Origin: Acidobacteriota bacterium
GTDB taxonomy: Bacteria > Acidobacteriota > JAQAZP01
DNA: 64,000 nt
NCBI GenBank assembly: GCA_032127265.1
Contig: JAQAZP010000279.1
Location: 1,272 to 65,271 of the forward strand
Reading direction: 5' to 3'
Notes under the pieces: model-generated
What the model saw: the letters and a program-made list of their open reading frames with translations, nothing else
Told to the model about the DNA's origin: nothing
Database searches by the model: none
Shown: in pieces, positions 25,071-35,800 of the stretch
How the letters are laid out: each line of letters begins with the position of its first letter
Position numbering within the stretch: the first letter of the stretch is position 1
Program-made: the position numbers and the translations under genes

Positions 25071-28000
25071 CCTCACCGGAATCATGGGTCTGGCCAAATA
25101 CGAGAGCCGGCTCCTCCGCCGCACCTGGAAGTTCTGGATCCTGGCCGTCCTCGGCCTGCTCTTCCTGGTGATTATCAACCTCTATTACGCCTTCCTGCAC
25201 AATTTCTTCTCCGGCTACTCGGGCACCATCGGGCTGCTCTCCGCCGGGCTGGTGCTGCAGATCGTCTACTCCCAGTTCATCACCCTTTTCGCCGTGCTGC
25301 TGATCTGGTTCTGTTACGACTTCCTGAGCAAGGACAGCAAGTGCCGGGTGGACGGCGTGGTCCACTCGCGCCCGCTGAGCACCTTCGGCCTGGTCTGGGG
25401 CAAATTCCTCGGGGCGCTGATCCCCACCTTTGCCACGGCCCTGATCCTCACCCTGGTCTCGGTCTGTCTGCGGTTCATCCCGATCTTCCATCTCCCCTTC
25501 CGCCTCGGCCCCTACCTGATGCACCTCTTCGTCACCATCCTCCCCGGGCTGGCCTTCATCATCGCCCTGGTCTTTTTCCTCACCCTGGTGACCAGAAGCC
25601 GGGTGGCGGCGATCATCATCGCCCACGCCTACGTGATCATCGACCTGGTGGTCTTCATCAGCTTCGGCCGCTGGATCAAGGTCCAGTTCGTGCCGCTGGT
25701 GGACTTCAGCGGCTACTCCCTGACCACCTTCCACTCCGACCTGATCGGTTTCACCGGTTTCGACCTGCTGCTGCTCCAGCGGGGATATATCATCGCGCTC
25801 ACCCTGCTGCTGCTGGCCCTCACCGCCATGTTCTACCCGCGGCTCAAGCAGGCCGACCGGAACTCGCGGCCGGTGCTGGGCACCGCCGCCGCCGCGGCCA
25901 TACTGGCCCTCTGCTACATCGGCTGGGGCCTCTGGTCGGGGCACAACGACTACACCATGCGTGAAGCGGCCCGCGCCGAGCAGCAGGCGCTGCTGGACAA
26001 CCCGCTGACCCGGGTGACCCACTACGATATCGACCTCGACCTGACCAGCGGCAGCCGGCTCACCGCCACCGCCCGGATGACGGTGCGCAACGACGGCGCC
26101 GAGACCCAGGACCGGCTGGTCTTCGTGCTGAACAGCGGTCTCGACGTGGAATCGGTCACCGGCGCCGGCGGCGGCGCGCTGGACTTCGAACGGGGGGACA
26201 CCACCCTGGTGGCGAACATCCCGGCCCTCATGCCGGGCAACGAAACCGAGGTGGCCGTGGCCTACAACGGCGGCCTGGTGTTGAACACGATCTTCCTCAA
26301 CAGCAAGGCCGAAATCAACGAACTGAAGGGCCAGGCGCGCAACAACGTGGCCATTCTCGGCTACTTGCCGTCGTATGTCGGTTCGCGCTACTCGGTGCTG
26401 CTGCCCCAGGCGCGGTGGTATCCCTCACCCAACGTTGATACCGGCTACACCTACCCGGACAAGCGCCCGGACAACTTCGCCACCGCCGACCTGCGGATCA
26501 CCGTTCCCGGCGGACAGCAGGCAGTGACCCAGGGCGCCATGGTGAACCGGGATGATTCGGGCGGAAAAGCGATCTTCACCTACCGTTCCGACGTGCCGGT
26601 TCCCGGCCTTTCGGTGAACAGCGGCGAGTACCAGGTGATCAAGGGCGAAGTGGGGCCGATGCAGCTGGCCTTCTATTTCAGCGAAAATCACGCGGCCAAC
26701 ATCGAGTTCTTCAACGACGCGCGGGACAAGATCCACGAGGAGCTGGAGACCAAGCTCTCCGACATCCAGGAGCGCACCGGCCTTGAATACCCCTACCAGG
26801 CGCTGAGCCTGGTGGAGGTCCCCGGCGCCATGCGGGCCTACTCCGAGGGCTGGAACAGCCCCAACCCGCTGATCCAGCCCGGAGTGGTGATGCTCAAGGA
26901 GGCGGGCTTCTTCTCGGCCAACTTCGAGCGGGCCTTCAAAAAGCGCACCGAGCAGGCGGAGGAGGCCGAGGAGGAAGTGAACGCCGCGCAGATCAAGGTC
27001 GATATGCTCAAGCTCTTCTTCGACCTCGACGTGGTCAGCGGCAGCCTGCTGCAGAACGCCATGCCCAACTTCTGGGGCTTCCGCCTCGACCCCAGCGGCC
27101 CGCTCTACCCGGTGGCCGGCTACTGTCTCGACAACTACCTCAAGGAAACGGTCACCGGGACCCGGCCCTTTGCCTCGGTCTACATGATGACCAACTTCCA
27201 GCAGGTTCTGGGCCAGGGGATCCAGGCCCACTTCTCCCGGAATTCCAGCTGGCAGGAAGCGTTCTACGACGCCACGGTGAACATCGACAAGGTCTACAAG
27301 GCGATCAAGGCCACGACACTGGCCGAGATGAAGCCGGAGGACGACCCCGAACTGTTCTACAACGTGATGGGGCACAAGGGCCGCGGCTTCGTGGTCACCC
27401 TGCGCGAGTATCTCGGCGAGGAGGCCTTCCGCGCGCTGGTCAACGGCCTGGTGCAGCGCCACCAGTACGGCCAGTACACCATGGAGGACCTGCGCCTGCT
27501 GGCCGCCGAGGTCTCCGACCAGGACGTGGACTGGCTCTTCGAACAGTGGACCCACAGCACCGACCTGCCGGGCTACCGGATCAAGGAGAGCGAAGCCTAC
27601 CGCATCGCCACCGACGGCGAAGCGCCGCTCTACCAGGTGCGGGTAGTGCTGGCCAACGAGGAGAACGCGTCCGGTTTCGCCATCCTGACCTTCGAAACCC
27701 GCGGCGACAAGGTGGAGCGACGGGTGCGCCTCGATGGTTTGCAGACCGTGGAAGTGGCCCTGGTGGTCCCCGACGAGCCCGAACGGCTGGTGGTGGACCC
27801 CATCCTGGCCCGGAACAAGGAACCGCTGACCAAGGATTTCAAGCTGCCCGAAGAGCCGGTGGAAGCCGAACCCTTCGAGCGGGTGGCGGTGCTGGAGACC
27901 GGTGAAGCGGAGAACGAGCTCACGGTGATCGTCGATGATCTCGACCCGGGCTTCAGCCTGGCCGGCGAAACCGGCGGCTCACTGCTGCGCTGGCGGCCCT

Positions 28001-28464
28001 CAAAGGGCGACGACGAAGAGGACGAAGAGCCCCCGCTGGAGGAATATGTCAGGGGGATACCGGACCAGTGGGTCAACTGGACCCGCGACGAGGCCTACGG
28101 CCTGTACAACCACACGATGAAACTGAAAGGCGGCGGCGAGGGCGAATACTCGGCTCGCTGGGCCGCCAAGCTGCCCCGCCGGGGCCGCTACGAGGTCTTC
28201 ACCTACATCGGGGTAGTGGGCAAGGATCTCCGCGCCCGCGACGATGACGAGAAGCTGGGCAGCAACTACAGCTACACCATCGAGCACGAGGACGGCCCGG
28301 AAACGGCGACCCTCGACGCCACCGGCGCGGAGATCGGCTGGAACAGCCTCGGCACGTTCTATTTTTCGCCGGACAACGAGGCGGTGGTCACGCTCAGCGA
28401 CCAGGCCGACGGGGCCGTGATCGCCGACGCGGTGAAATTCACTTTTGCGGACGAGGTCGAATAA
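25063..28464 (+). CDS. ABC-2 type permease (N-terminal ~300 aa, six TM helices) fused to a ~830 aa extracytoplasmic domain
   Basis: The start overlaps the ATPase stop (ATGATTGA) with a GGAGGAGGAG RBS. Hydrophobic helices run to about residue 300, followed by a long hydrophilic region with a GAMRA segment but no HEXXH. The region is consistently coding. Resemblance to M1-peptidase-like folds is only a recollection. Confidence 0.7.
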   Translation: MIDLTGIMGLAKYESRLLRRTWKFWILAVLGLLFLVIINLYYAFLHNFFSGYSGTIGLLSAGLVLQIVYSQFITLFAVLLIWFCYDFLSKDSKCRVDGVVHSRPLSTFGLVWGKFLGALIPTFATALILTLVSVCLRFIPIFHLPFRLGPYLMHLFVTILPGLAFIIALVFFLTLVTRSRVAAIIIAHAYVIIDLVVFISFGRWIKVQFVPLVDFSGYSLTTFHSDLIGFTGFDLLLLQRGYIIALTLLLLALTAMFYPRLKQADRNSRPVLGTAAAAAILALCYIGWGLWSGHNDYTMREAARAEQQALLDNPLTRVTHYDIDLDLTSGSRLTATARMTVRNDGAETQDRLVFVLNSGLDVESVTGAGGGALDFERGDTTLVANIPALMPGNETEVAVAYNGGLVLNTIFLNSKAEINELKGQARNNVAILGYLPSYVGSRYSVLLPQARWYPSPNVDTGYTYPDKRPDNFATADLRITVPGGQQAVTQGAMVNRDDSGGKAIFTYRSDVPVPGLSVNSGEYQVIKGEVGPMQLAFYFSENHAANIEFFNDARDKIHEELETKLSDIQERTGLEYPYQALSLVEVPGAMRAYSEGWNSPNPLIQPGVVMLKEAGFFSANFERAFKKRTEQAEEAEEEVNAAQIKVDMLKLFFDLDVVSGSLLQNAMPNFWGFRLDPSGPLYPVAGYCLDNYLKETVTGTRPFASVYMMTNFQQVLGQGIQAHFSRNSSWQEAFYDATVNIDKVYKAIKATTLAEMKPEDDPELFYNVMGHKGRGFVVTLREYLGEEAFRALVNGLVQRHQYGQYTMEDLRLLAAEVSDQDVDWLFEQWTHSTDLPGYRIKESEAYRIATDGEAPLYQVRVVLANEENASGFAILTFETRGDKVERRVRLDGLQTVEVALVVPDEPERLVVDPILARNKEPLTKDFKLPEEPVEAEPFERVAVLETGEAENELTVIVDDLDPGFSLAGETGGSLLRWRPSKGDDEEDEEPPLEEYVRGIPDQWVNWTRDEAYGLYNHTMKLKGGGEGEYSARWAAKLPRRGRYEVFTYIGVVGKDLRARDDDEKLGSNYSYTIEHEDGPETATLDATGAEIGWNSLGTFYFSPDNEAVVTLSDQADGAVIADAVKFTFADEVE

Positions 28465-28617
28465 ACGTGGATTCAAAACCTCGGCCGTGATTCGAGAGCA
28501 AGACGGCGGCTGAGGAGAAAGCGCAGCATACTCTTCGGTATGTGAGCATTTCGACGAGGCCGGCAACGCAGTTATCGGGCCTCGGATGAGGTTTTGCATG
28601 GAAGGAGCAACCGACCA

Positions 28618-29703
28618 ATGATCACCAGACGTCCAGGCGTCGCCGCCTGCGCGGCGCTCTGTCTCGCCGCGCTCATCCTCCTCTCAGCCGCCGGCTGCAG
28701 CGAACCGGAATCGCAGGCCGGCCTGGAGGTGAAAATCCCGGTGCGGGTGGAGGAAGCCGGCCGGGCCGGCATCGAGGAACACCTCTCAACCACCGGCACG
28801 GTGCGGGCGATCCAGGAGGTCAAGCTCGACGCCCCGATGACCGGCTACCTGAACCTCGGCCGGCTGGGCGGCGACGGCCGGCGGCTGATCGAGGGCGACC
28901 AGGTGAAACAGGGACAGGTGATCGCCCTCTTGGACAATGAAGAGACACGGGTGAACAAGAAGAGCGGCATCGATGCCCGCCGTGCCGAACTGCAGAAGGC
29001 GGAGAGCGACTACCAGCGCTACCAGCGGCTCTACGACGAGGGGTTCGTCTCCGAACAGGAGATGAGGAACTACGAGAGCGCGCTGGCCACCTCGCGTTAC
29101 AACTACGAGAACAGCCTGATCGTCGAGGAGCAGACCCGGATCACCGCCCCGATCAGCGGCCGGCTGACCTGGCTGACCCGCGAGGTGGACGGGGCCAAGC
29201 TGACCGCCGGGACCGAGCTGGCCGAGGTGATGGATTTCTCCCGCGTGCTGGCCGACCTCGAACTGCCCGGCGGCGACATTGCCCGGGTGACGGAAGGGAT
29301 GAAGGTCAAGGTCAGCAATTACGCCTACCCCGACCAGGTCTTCGAGGGCACGGTGCGCTACATCAGCCCCACGATCCAGGCCCAGTCACGCACCTTCCGT
29401 GTGGAAGTGCTGCTGGAAAACCGCGAGGGGCTGGTGCGGCCGGGCATGTTCGTCAAGGCCGACATCGTCACCCGCGCCCGGGAGGACGCCCTGGTCGTCC
29501 CGCGGCACGCGGTGGTGGTGCGCAACAACCGGCCGTCGGTCTTCGTCGTCTCGCGGCAGAAGGCCGAGATGCGCGCGGTGGTCACCGGTCTCGAGGATGA
29601 AGAGCGGGTGGAGATCCTCTCCGGCATCGAGGCCGGAGAACGCGTGGTGGTCCAGGGCTACGAGACCCTGAAAGACAAGACGCCGGTGAAGGTCAACTCC
29701 TGA
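28618..29703 (+). CDS. Efflux RND transporter periplasmic adaptor subunit (membrane fusion protein), lipoprotein
   Basis: Lipobox LSAAGCS, GGAAGGAG RBS 9 nt upstream of the ATG at 28618. Membrane-fusion-protein coiled-coil and beta-barrel regions are present (QYQRLYDEGFVSEQE; RITAPISGRL). Confidence 0.8.
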   Translation: MITRRPGVAACAALCLAALILLSAAGCSEPESQAGLEVKIPVRVEEAGRAGIEEHLSTTGTVRAIQEVKLDAPMTGYLNLGRLGGDGRRLIEGDQVKQGQVIALLDNEETRVNKKSGIDARRAELQKAESDYQRYQRLYDEGFVSEQEMRNYESALATSRYNYENSLIVEEQTRITAPISGRLTWLTREVDGAKLTAGTELAEVMDFSRVLADLELPGGDIARVTEGMKVKVSNYAYPDQVFEGTVRYISPTIQAQSRTFRVEVLLENREGLVRPGMFVKADIVTRAREDALVVPRHAVVVRNNRPSVFVVSRQKAEMRAVVTGLEDEERVEILSGIEAGERVVVQGYETLKDKTPVKVNS

Positions 29704-32700
29704 TGAAAGCCATAGCCAGCCTCGCGGTCCGTTTTCCGGTCACCGTGGTGATGATCTTCACCGGGGTGCTGCTCCTCGGCTACATTTCACTGGACAAACT
29801 GGGCATCGACCTGCTGCCCGACATCTCCAGCCCCAAGGTGGTGGTGGTGCTCGAGTCGGGAAACCGCCCGCCTCGGGAAATGGAAGACGTTTTCGGCGAG
29901 CAGCTGGAGTCCCAGTTGAGCACGATCAGCGGCGTCTCCCGCGTCTCCTCGGTCTCCCGGGTGGGCAGCATCATGGTCACCGTTGAGTTCTACTGGGACA
30001 GCGACATGGACTTCGCCCTGCTCGAGGTGCAGAAGAACATCGGCTACCTCCAGGCGGACCGCGAAGTGGACAATCTGAGTATCCGCCGTTTCGACCCCCA
30101 GGCCGCGCCGGTGCTGCGCGTGGGGATGTTCCCCGCCGCCGGGGATGACAGCGGCGCCGACCTCGACGAAATGCGGCGGCTGGCCGAGGACTATGTCCGG
30201 CCGGCCCTGGAACGGCTGCGCGGCGTGGCCGCGGTGCGCATCTCCGGCGGCCGCGAGCGGGAAGTGATCGTCGAGACCGACGAGTTCCTGCTGGACGCCT
30301 TCGGCATCACCGTGGACGACGTGGCCTCCCGGGTCAGGGAGGCCAATATCGACACCTCCGGCGGCACGCTGGAGGAAGAGGGCAAGATCTATGTCATCAA
30401 GGGGGTGGGCCGGTTCACCGACCTGGACCAGCTCCGGGCCCTCACCGTGGCCTACCTCGACCGCAGCAAGGCCCCCTCGGACCTCGCCTCCCAGGACACG
30501 GCCTTCGACCCGCTGAAGGTGCCGGTGCCGCTCTCCCGGGTGGCCCGGGTCTATTACGGGGACAAGGAGGTGCGCAACCTGGTGCGGATCAACGGCACCG
30601 AGGGTGTGGGCCTCTCGGTGCACAAGGAGGGCGGCAGCAACACGGTGACGGTGAGTGACGACGTGCGCCGCACCCTGGACCAGCTGTCCCGCTCGCTTCC
30701 CGGTGTGCGCTTCGAGGTGGTCCGGGACCAGGCCCGCTTCATCAGCGGTTCGATCCGCGAGGTGGAGGAGCAGGCACTGATCGGCGCGCTGCTGGCCGTC
30801 GTGATCCTCTTCCTCTTCCTGCGCAGTTTCGGCGCCACCCTGGTCATCGCGCTGGCCATCCCCCTCTCCATCGTCGCCACCTTCGTGCTGATGTACTTCG
30901 CCGGGTTGAGCCTCAACATCATGACCCTCGGCGGGCTGGCCCTGGGTGTGGGCCTCTTGGTGGACAACGCCATCGTGGTGATCGAGAACATCTACCGCCA
31001 CCTTCAGGCGGGCAAAGGAAAAATAGAGGCTGCCATCGACGGCGCCTCGGAAGTGGGCGGCGCGATCTTCGCCTCCACCCTGACCACCTGCGTGGTCTTC
31101 CTGCCCGTGGTCTTCATCGGCGACATCACCGGCGAGCTGCTCAAGGAACAGGCCTTCACCGTGAGCATCTCGCTGCTCTGTTCGCTGGTGGTAGCCATGG
31201 TGCTGATCCCGATGCTCGCCTCGCGGATGCTGAAAGGCAAGCGGGCCGAGGCGGCCGGCGCCGCTTCCGAGCACCTGGTGCGCAGCAGGGTGTATAACGG
31301 CCTGCTGGACTGGGCGCTGAACCACAAACTGATCGTGGTGGTCATCACCCTGATCCTCGGCCTCTTTTCAGCCGAGGCGTTCCGGCGCTGCGGCACCGAA
31401 TTCCTGCCCCGGGCCGACCAGGGCGAGTTCGGTATCCGGCTGGCGCTCCCCGAAGGGACACCGGTGCAGCGGACCGCCGCGGTCACCGGCTTTGTCGAGG
31501 ACCTGCTGCTGGAAAATTTCGCCGCGGAGATCACCGCGGTCTACAGCGACATCGGCAAGCGGCGGCTGGAGGACGAGCTGCTCACCGAGGAAGTCTGGGA
31601 CGAGAACACGGCGCTGGTCCTGGTCTCGCTCAAGCCGTTTTCCGAGCGCCGGCTGCACACCTCGGCGATCATCGGCGCCATCGACCCGGTGCTGCGCAAC
31701 GTCCCGGGCCTGGAGGCGACCTACAACCTCGGCGAGACCGCCCTGCAGCAGACCATCGGTTCCGGCGACGCGCAGGTGAGCATCGAGGTGCGGGGCCCGG
31801 ACGTGGACCGGCTGCGGGAGATCAGCGACGAGGTGGCGGCCCAGCTGGAGGAGATGAACGCCGGGGGCAAGGGGATCTACAACGTGCGCACCAGCTTCCA
31901 GGGCGGGCGCGAGGAACTGGCGATCCACATCGACCGCATGACCGCGGCCAGCCTGGGCCTCGACGTGACCACCATCACCCGGCTGGTCCGGCGCAAGCTC
32001 TACGGCGAGGAGATCTCCATCTTCCGCGCCGAAGACGAGGACCGCGACATCTCCATCCGCCACCCGATGATGAATCTCGAACAGCTGCTGGGCCTGGAGA
32101 TCGAGAACCCCACCGGCACCCGGATCCTGCTCAAGGACATCGCCGACGTGCGCACCGAATCGGGCCCGCGGGAAATCCTGCGCCGCGGCCAGTCGCGGGT
32201 GGCCCTGGTCCAGGCCGACCTGGCCGAAGGCGTGCCGCTGAGCGAGGTCAGCGGCGAGATCGGCTCGCGGCTCGACGGGGTGAATATACCGCAGGGGTAC
32301 CGCTTTTTGGTGGGCGGCGAAGAGCTGCGGCGCCAGGAGTCGTTCGAGAAGCTGCGCTTCGCCATGCTGCTGGCCCTGCTGCTGGTCTACATGGTGATGG
32401 CCTCGCAGTTCGAATCGCTGCTCCATCCCTTCACCATCATGCTCACCATCCCCATGGCCGGAGTGGGGGTGGCGGCGCTCTTCTTCATCACCGGCCTGCC
32501 GCTGTCGGTGATGGCCTTTATCGGCATCATCATTCTCGCCGGCATCGCGGTCAATGACGGGATCATCCTCATCGATTTCGTGGGCCTCCTCCGCCGCCGG
32601 GGGATGAAGCGCAAGGAGGCGCTGCTCGCCGCCGGCCAGGCCCGGCTGCGGCCGATCCTGATGACCAGCTCCACCACCATCCTCGCCCTGCTGCCGCTGT

Positions 32701-32858
32701 CCCTGGGCTTCGGCGAGGGGGCCGAGCTGCGGGCGCCACTGGCCTACGCCATCATCGGCGGGCTGTTCAGCTCCACCATCCTCACCCTGGTGGTGCTGCC
32801 GGTGGCCTATGACCTGATCGACCGCCTGCGGCCCGCCGGCAGGGGGAAGGACGCGTGA
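29703..32858 (+). CDS. Efflux RND transporter permease subunit (AcrB/HAE family)
   Basis: 1051 aa with the 12-TM RND pattern. N-terminus MKAIASLAVRFPVTVVMIFTGVLLLG, and conserved TM4/TM10 regions (ALGVGLLVDNAIVVIENI; IAGIAVNDGIILIDF). The start overlaps the adaptor-protein stop (ATGA). Confidence 0.85.
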   Translation: MKAIASLAVRFPVTVVMIFTGVLLLGYISLDKLGIDLLPDISSPKVVVVLESGNRPPREMEDVFGEQLESQLSTISGVSRVSSVSRVGSIMVTVEFYWDSDMDFALLEVQKNIGYLQADREVDNLSIRRFDPQAAPVLRVGMFPAAGDDSGADLDEMRRLAEDYVRPALERLRGVAAVRISGGREREVIVETDEFLLDAFGITVDDVASRVREANIDTSGGTLEEEGKIYVIKGVGRFTDLDQLRALTVAYLDRSKAPSDLASQDTAFDPLKVPVPLSRVARVYYGDKEVRNLVRINGTEGVGLSVHKEGGSNTVTVSDDVRRTLDQLSRSLPGVRFEVVRDQARFISGSIREVEEQALIGALLAVVILFLFLRSFGATLVIALAIPLSIVATFVLMYFAGLSLNIMTLGGLALGVGLLVDNAIVVIENIYRHLQAGKGKIEAAIDGASEVGGAIFASTLTTCVVFLPVVFIGDITGELLKEQAFTVSISLLCSLVVAMVLIPMLASRMLKGKRAEAAGAASEHLVRSRVYNGLLDWALNHKLIVVVITLILGLFSAEAFRRCGTEFLPRADQGEFGIRLALPEGTPVQRTAAVTGFVEDLLLENFAAEITAVYSDIGKRRLEDELLTEEVWDENTALVLVSLKPFSERRLHTSAIIGAIDPVLRNVPGLEATYNLGETALQQTIGSGDAQVSIEVRGPDVDRLREISDEVAAQLEEMNAGGKGIYNVRTSFQGGREELAIHIDRMTAASLGLDVTTITRLVRRKLYGEEISIFRAEDEDRDISIRHPMMNLEQLLGLEIENPTGTRILLKDIADVRTESGPREILRRGQSRVALVQADLAEGVPLSEVSGEIGSRLDGVNIPQGYRFLVGGEELRRQESFEKLRFAMLLALLLVYMVMASQFESLLHPFTIMLTIPMAGVGVAALFFITGLPLSVMAFIGIIILAGIAVNDGIILIDFVGLLRRRGMKRKEALLAAGQARLRPILMTSSTTILALLPLSLGFGEGAELRAPLAYAIIGGLFSSTILTLVVLPVAYDLIDRLRPAGRGKDA

Positions 32859-35800
32859 ACCTCCCGACCCTCGCCATCAAGCGCCCGGTGACCACGGTGA
32901 TGTTCTTCATCGCCCTGGGGGTGCTGGGCGTGATCAGCTACACCACCCTGCCGGTGCAACTGATGCCCAACTACATCTACCCCAAGATGTTCGTCTTCGC
33001 CGGCTACCCCGGCGCTTCGCCGGAGAAGGTCGAGGAGGACCTGATCGAACGGCTGGAGGCCGAGATCTCGACCCTCGAGGACATCGAGGAGATCGAGTCC
33101 CAGTCAAACCAGGACTACGGAGTGATCACCGTCTCCTACAAGCTGGGCACCGACCTCAACTACGCCTACCTCAAACTGGAACAGAAGGCCAACGGCCTGA
33201 TCGGCCTGTTGCCCGAAACGGCGACGCTGCGTGTCCAGCGCTTCGACACCTCGGCCTTCGCCAACTTCGTCATGCAGCTTGACGTGGCCGGGCCGGGGGG
33301 ACTGTCCTACATTCGCCGGCTGGCCGAGGAGAAGATCCAGCCCAAACTGGAGTCGGTGAACGGCGTGGTCAGCGTTCAGGTCTTCGGCGGGCAACAGCAG
33401 GCGGTGCAGGTAACCCTGGACGAAGACCGCCTGCGCTCCTACGGCATCATGCCCACCCAGGTACTGGCGACACTCAACGGCTTTCACCAGCGGCGGGAGT
33501 TCGTCGGCGAGGTTATGGTTGCCGGCCGCCGCCAGTTCGCCATGGTTGAAGGCCGCTTCACCTCACTGCAGGAGATCCGCGACCTGCCGCTGAAGACGGG
33601 TGACGGCGTGATCTTCCTCCGCGACGTGGCCCGGGTGGAAGAGGCCCCGAACCGCCAGACCCAGGTCTCGCGGGTGGACGGACACCCCACGGTGAGCATC
33701 CAGATCCAGAAGGACGAGCAGTCGAACCTGATCAAGGTGGCCCAGAGGCTGCGTCGGGAGATCGCGGCGATCAACAAGGAGAATGCCGCCACCGGGGTCC
33801 GCATCACCACCGCTTTCGACAGCGCGGAGTATATCGAGGAGGACATCAACCGGGTAAAGATGCTGGCACTGAGCGGCGGCCTGCTGGCCCTCTTGGTACT
33901 GCTGATCTTCCTCAAGCGGCCCGGCCCGGTGGTCGTGGTTTCCCTGGCCATACCGGTGTCGTTGCTGCTGACCTTCAATCTGATGGCCGCCGCCGGCCTG
34001 GCCATCGACGTGCTGACCCTCATCGGGCTGACCCTCTCCATTGGCCTCCTGGTGGATAACGCCATCGTGGTGCTGGAGAGCATCACCCGGCAGCGCGAAC
34101 GGGGGTTGCCGCGGATGGAGGCGGCGGTCACCGGCAGCTCCGAGGTGTTCAAGGCGATCCTCGTCGGCACGGCCACCACGGTGGTGGTATTCGCTCCGCT
34201 GATCTGGGTCAAAACCGAGTTCACCGAGCTGTACAACGATTTCGCCCTGGCGATCATCTTTCCCCTGCTCATCTCGCTGCTGGTGGCGGTGACCCTGATC
34301 CCCATGCTGGCCAGCCGGCTGGGACGGCGGAAGGACGATGACCCCGGGAAGAGGGGCTTCCGGCCCGCCGAGGACCGCAAGCGGCCTCAGCGCATCCTCC
34401 AGCTCTACACCCTGCTGCTCAAACAGTGCTCCAGACACCAGATCCTGACCACAGTTCTGTTCTTCGCCGTGCTGATGCTCACCGTGCTGATCACCACGCC
34501 ACTCATCCTCAACCTCTTTGGTACCGGACAGCCGCCGGACAGCCGGATCGAGATGAAGCTGGAAATGCCCGAGGGGGCCGACCTGGAGTCCACCGAAGCG
34601 GTCACCGCCCAGGTGGAGGCGATGACCCTCGACCTGCCCGACCGCAAGGTGACCCGTTCCACCATCCGCGAGGGTGAGGCCTTCATCACCGTGGAACTGC
34701 TGCCAAAAGACGAGCGGATGTCCGACGACTCGCTCGGCGCGATCCGCAACAAGCTCAAGGACCGTACCGAGGAGATCAGCGGGGCAACAGTACTTTTCGA
34801 CCGTTCGCAGTTCCAGAGCGCCCGCGGCAGCGACGACGAAGGGGGCGCGGCAGCGCTGGGCCTCGCCAGCGCCGTGGAGACGGTGGTGCTCACCGGCGAG
34901 GAGATGCCCCGGTTGGTGGACCTGGCCAACGAAGTAAAATACCGGCTGGAGCAGATCGAAGGCGTGGATGACCGCACCATCCGCATGGACGTGGACGATG
35001 TCACCCCCGAGGTGCGGTTGGAGGCCCGCTACCAGGATCTGGCCAGTTGGGGTCTCTCGATGCAGCAGGTAATGGGCCTGCTCTGGATGGCCCGCCGGGA
35101 GGGGGACCAGCTGACCTACCCCTACCGCGACAGGCAGGACAACGAAATGAAAATCCAGGTCCGCCTGGGCGAGGAAGGTGATTGGAGCTTCCGCGACCTG
35201 CGGGACCTCTCGATCCCCACGCCCAACGGCGAGTTCGTCCGGGTCACCGAGCTGATGGATTTCAAGCAGGAAGCCGGGCTGCCCAGCCTGTTGCGGCACC
35301 AGGGCACCCACCGCATCCGTGTCTACTACGGCTACGAGCTCGCGGTGCTCACCACCCAGACACGACTGGACGAACTGCGGGAATCAGTGGACGAGCTGCT
35401 GCTCTCCATCCCCCTGCCCCGAGGCTACACCCTCACCGCCGAACGGGAGGACGAGGAGCAGAACGTCTGGAAGTTCATGCTCTACGTGGCACTGATCCTG
35501 GTCTACATGATCCTCGCCGCCTCCTTCGAGTCGTTCACCCACCCGCTGCTGATCCTCTTCACCATCCCCATGGCGATGATCGGGGTGCTGATCCTGCTGG
35601 CACTCACCGGTGTTGGACTGCCCCCCTTGGTCTACCTCGCCATGCTGGTGCTGCTGGGTATCGTTGTAAACAACGGTATCCTGCTCATCGACTACGCCAG
35701 ACACCTGGTGCGCAACCGGGGCTTCCGCCCCGAACGGGCGATCATCGCTTCGGGCCGGGCCCGCTTCCGCCCGGTGATCATGACCGCCGCCACCACCATC

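Noticed and set aside
24075-27555. Several minus-strand ORFs (24075-25178, 25036-26022, 26425-27555) over the ABC ATPase and giant permease
   Set aside because: They are antisense to genes with canonical ABC motifs and translate to G/D/E/H/R-rich low-complexity sequence.
29787-35311. Long minus-strand ORFs (29787-31325, 31368-32426, 33563-35311) opposite the two RND permease genes
   Set aside because: The RND genes are unambiguous; these are shadow ORFs.
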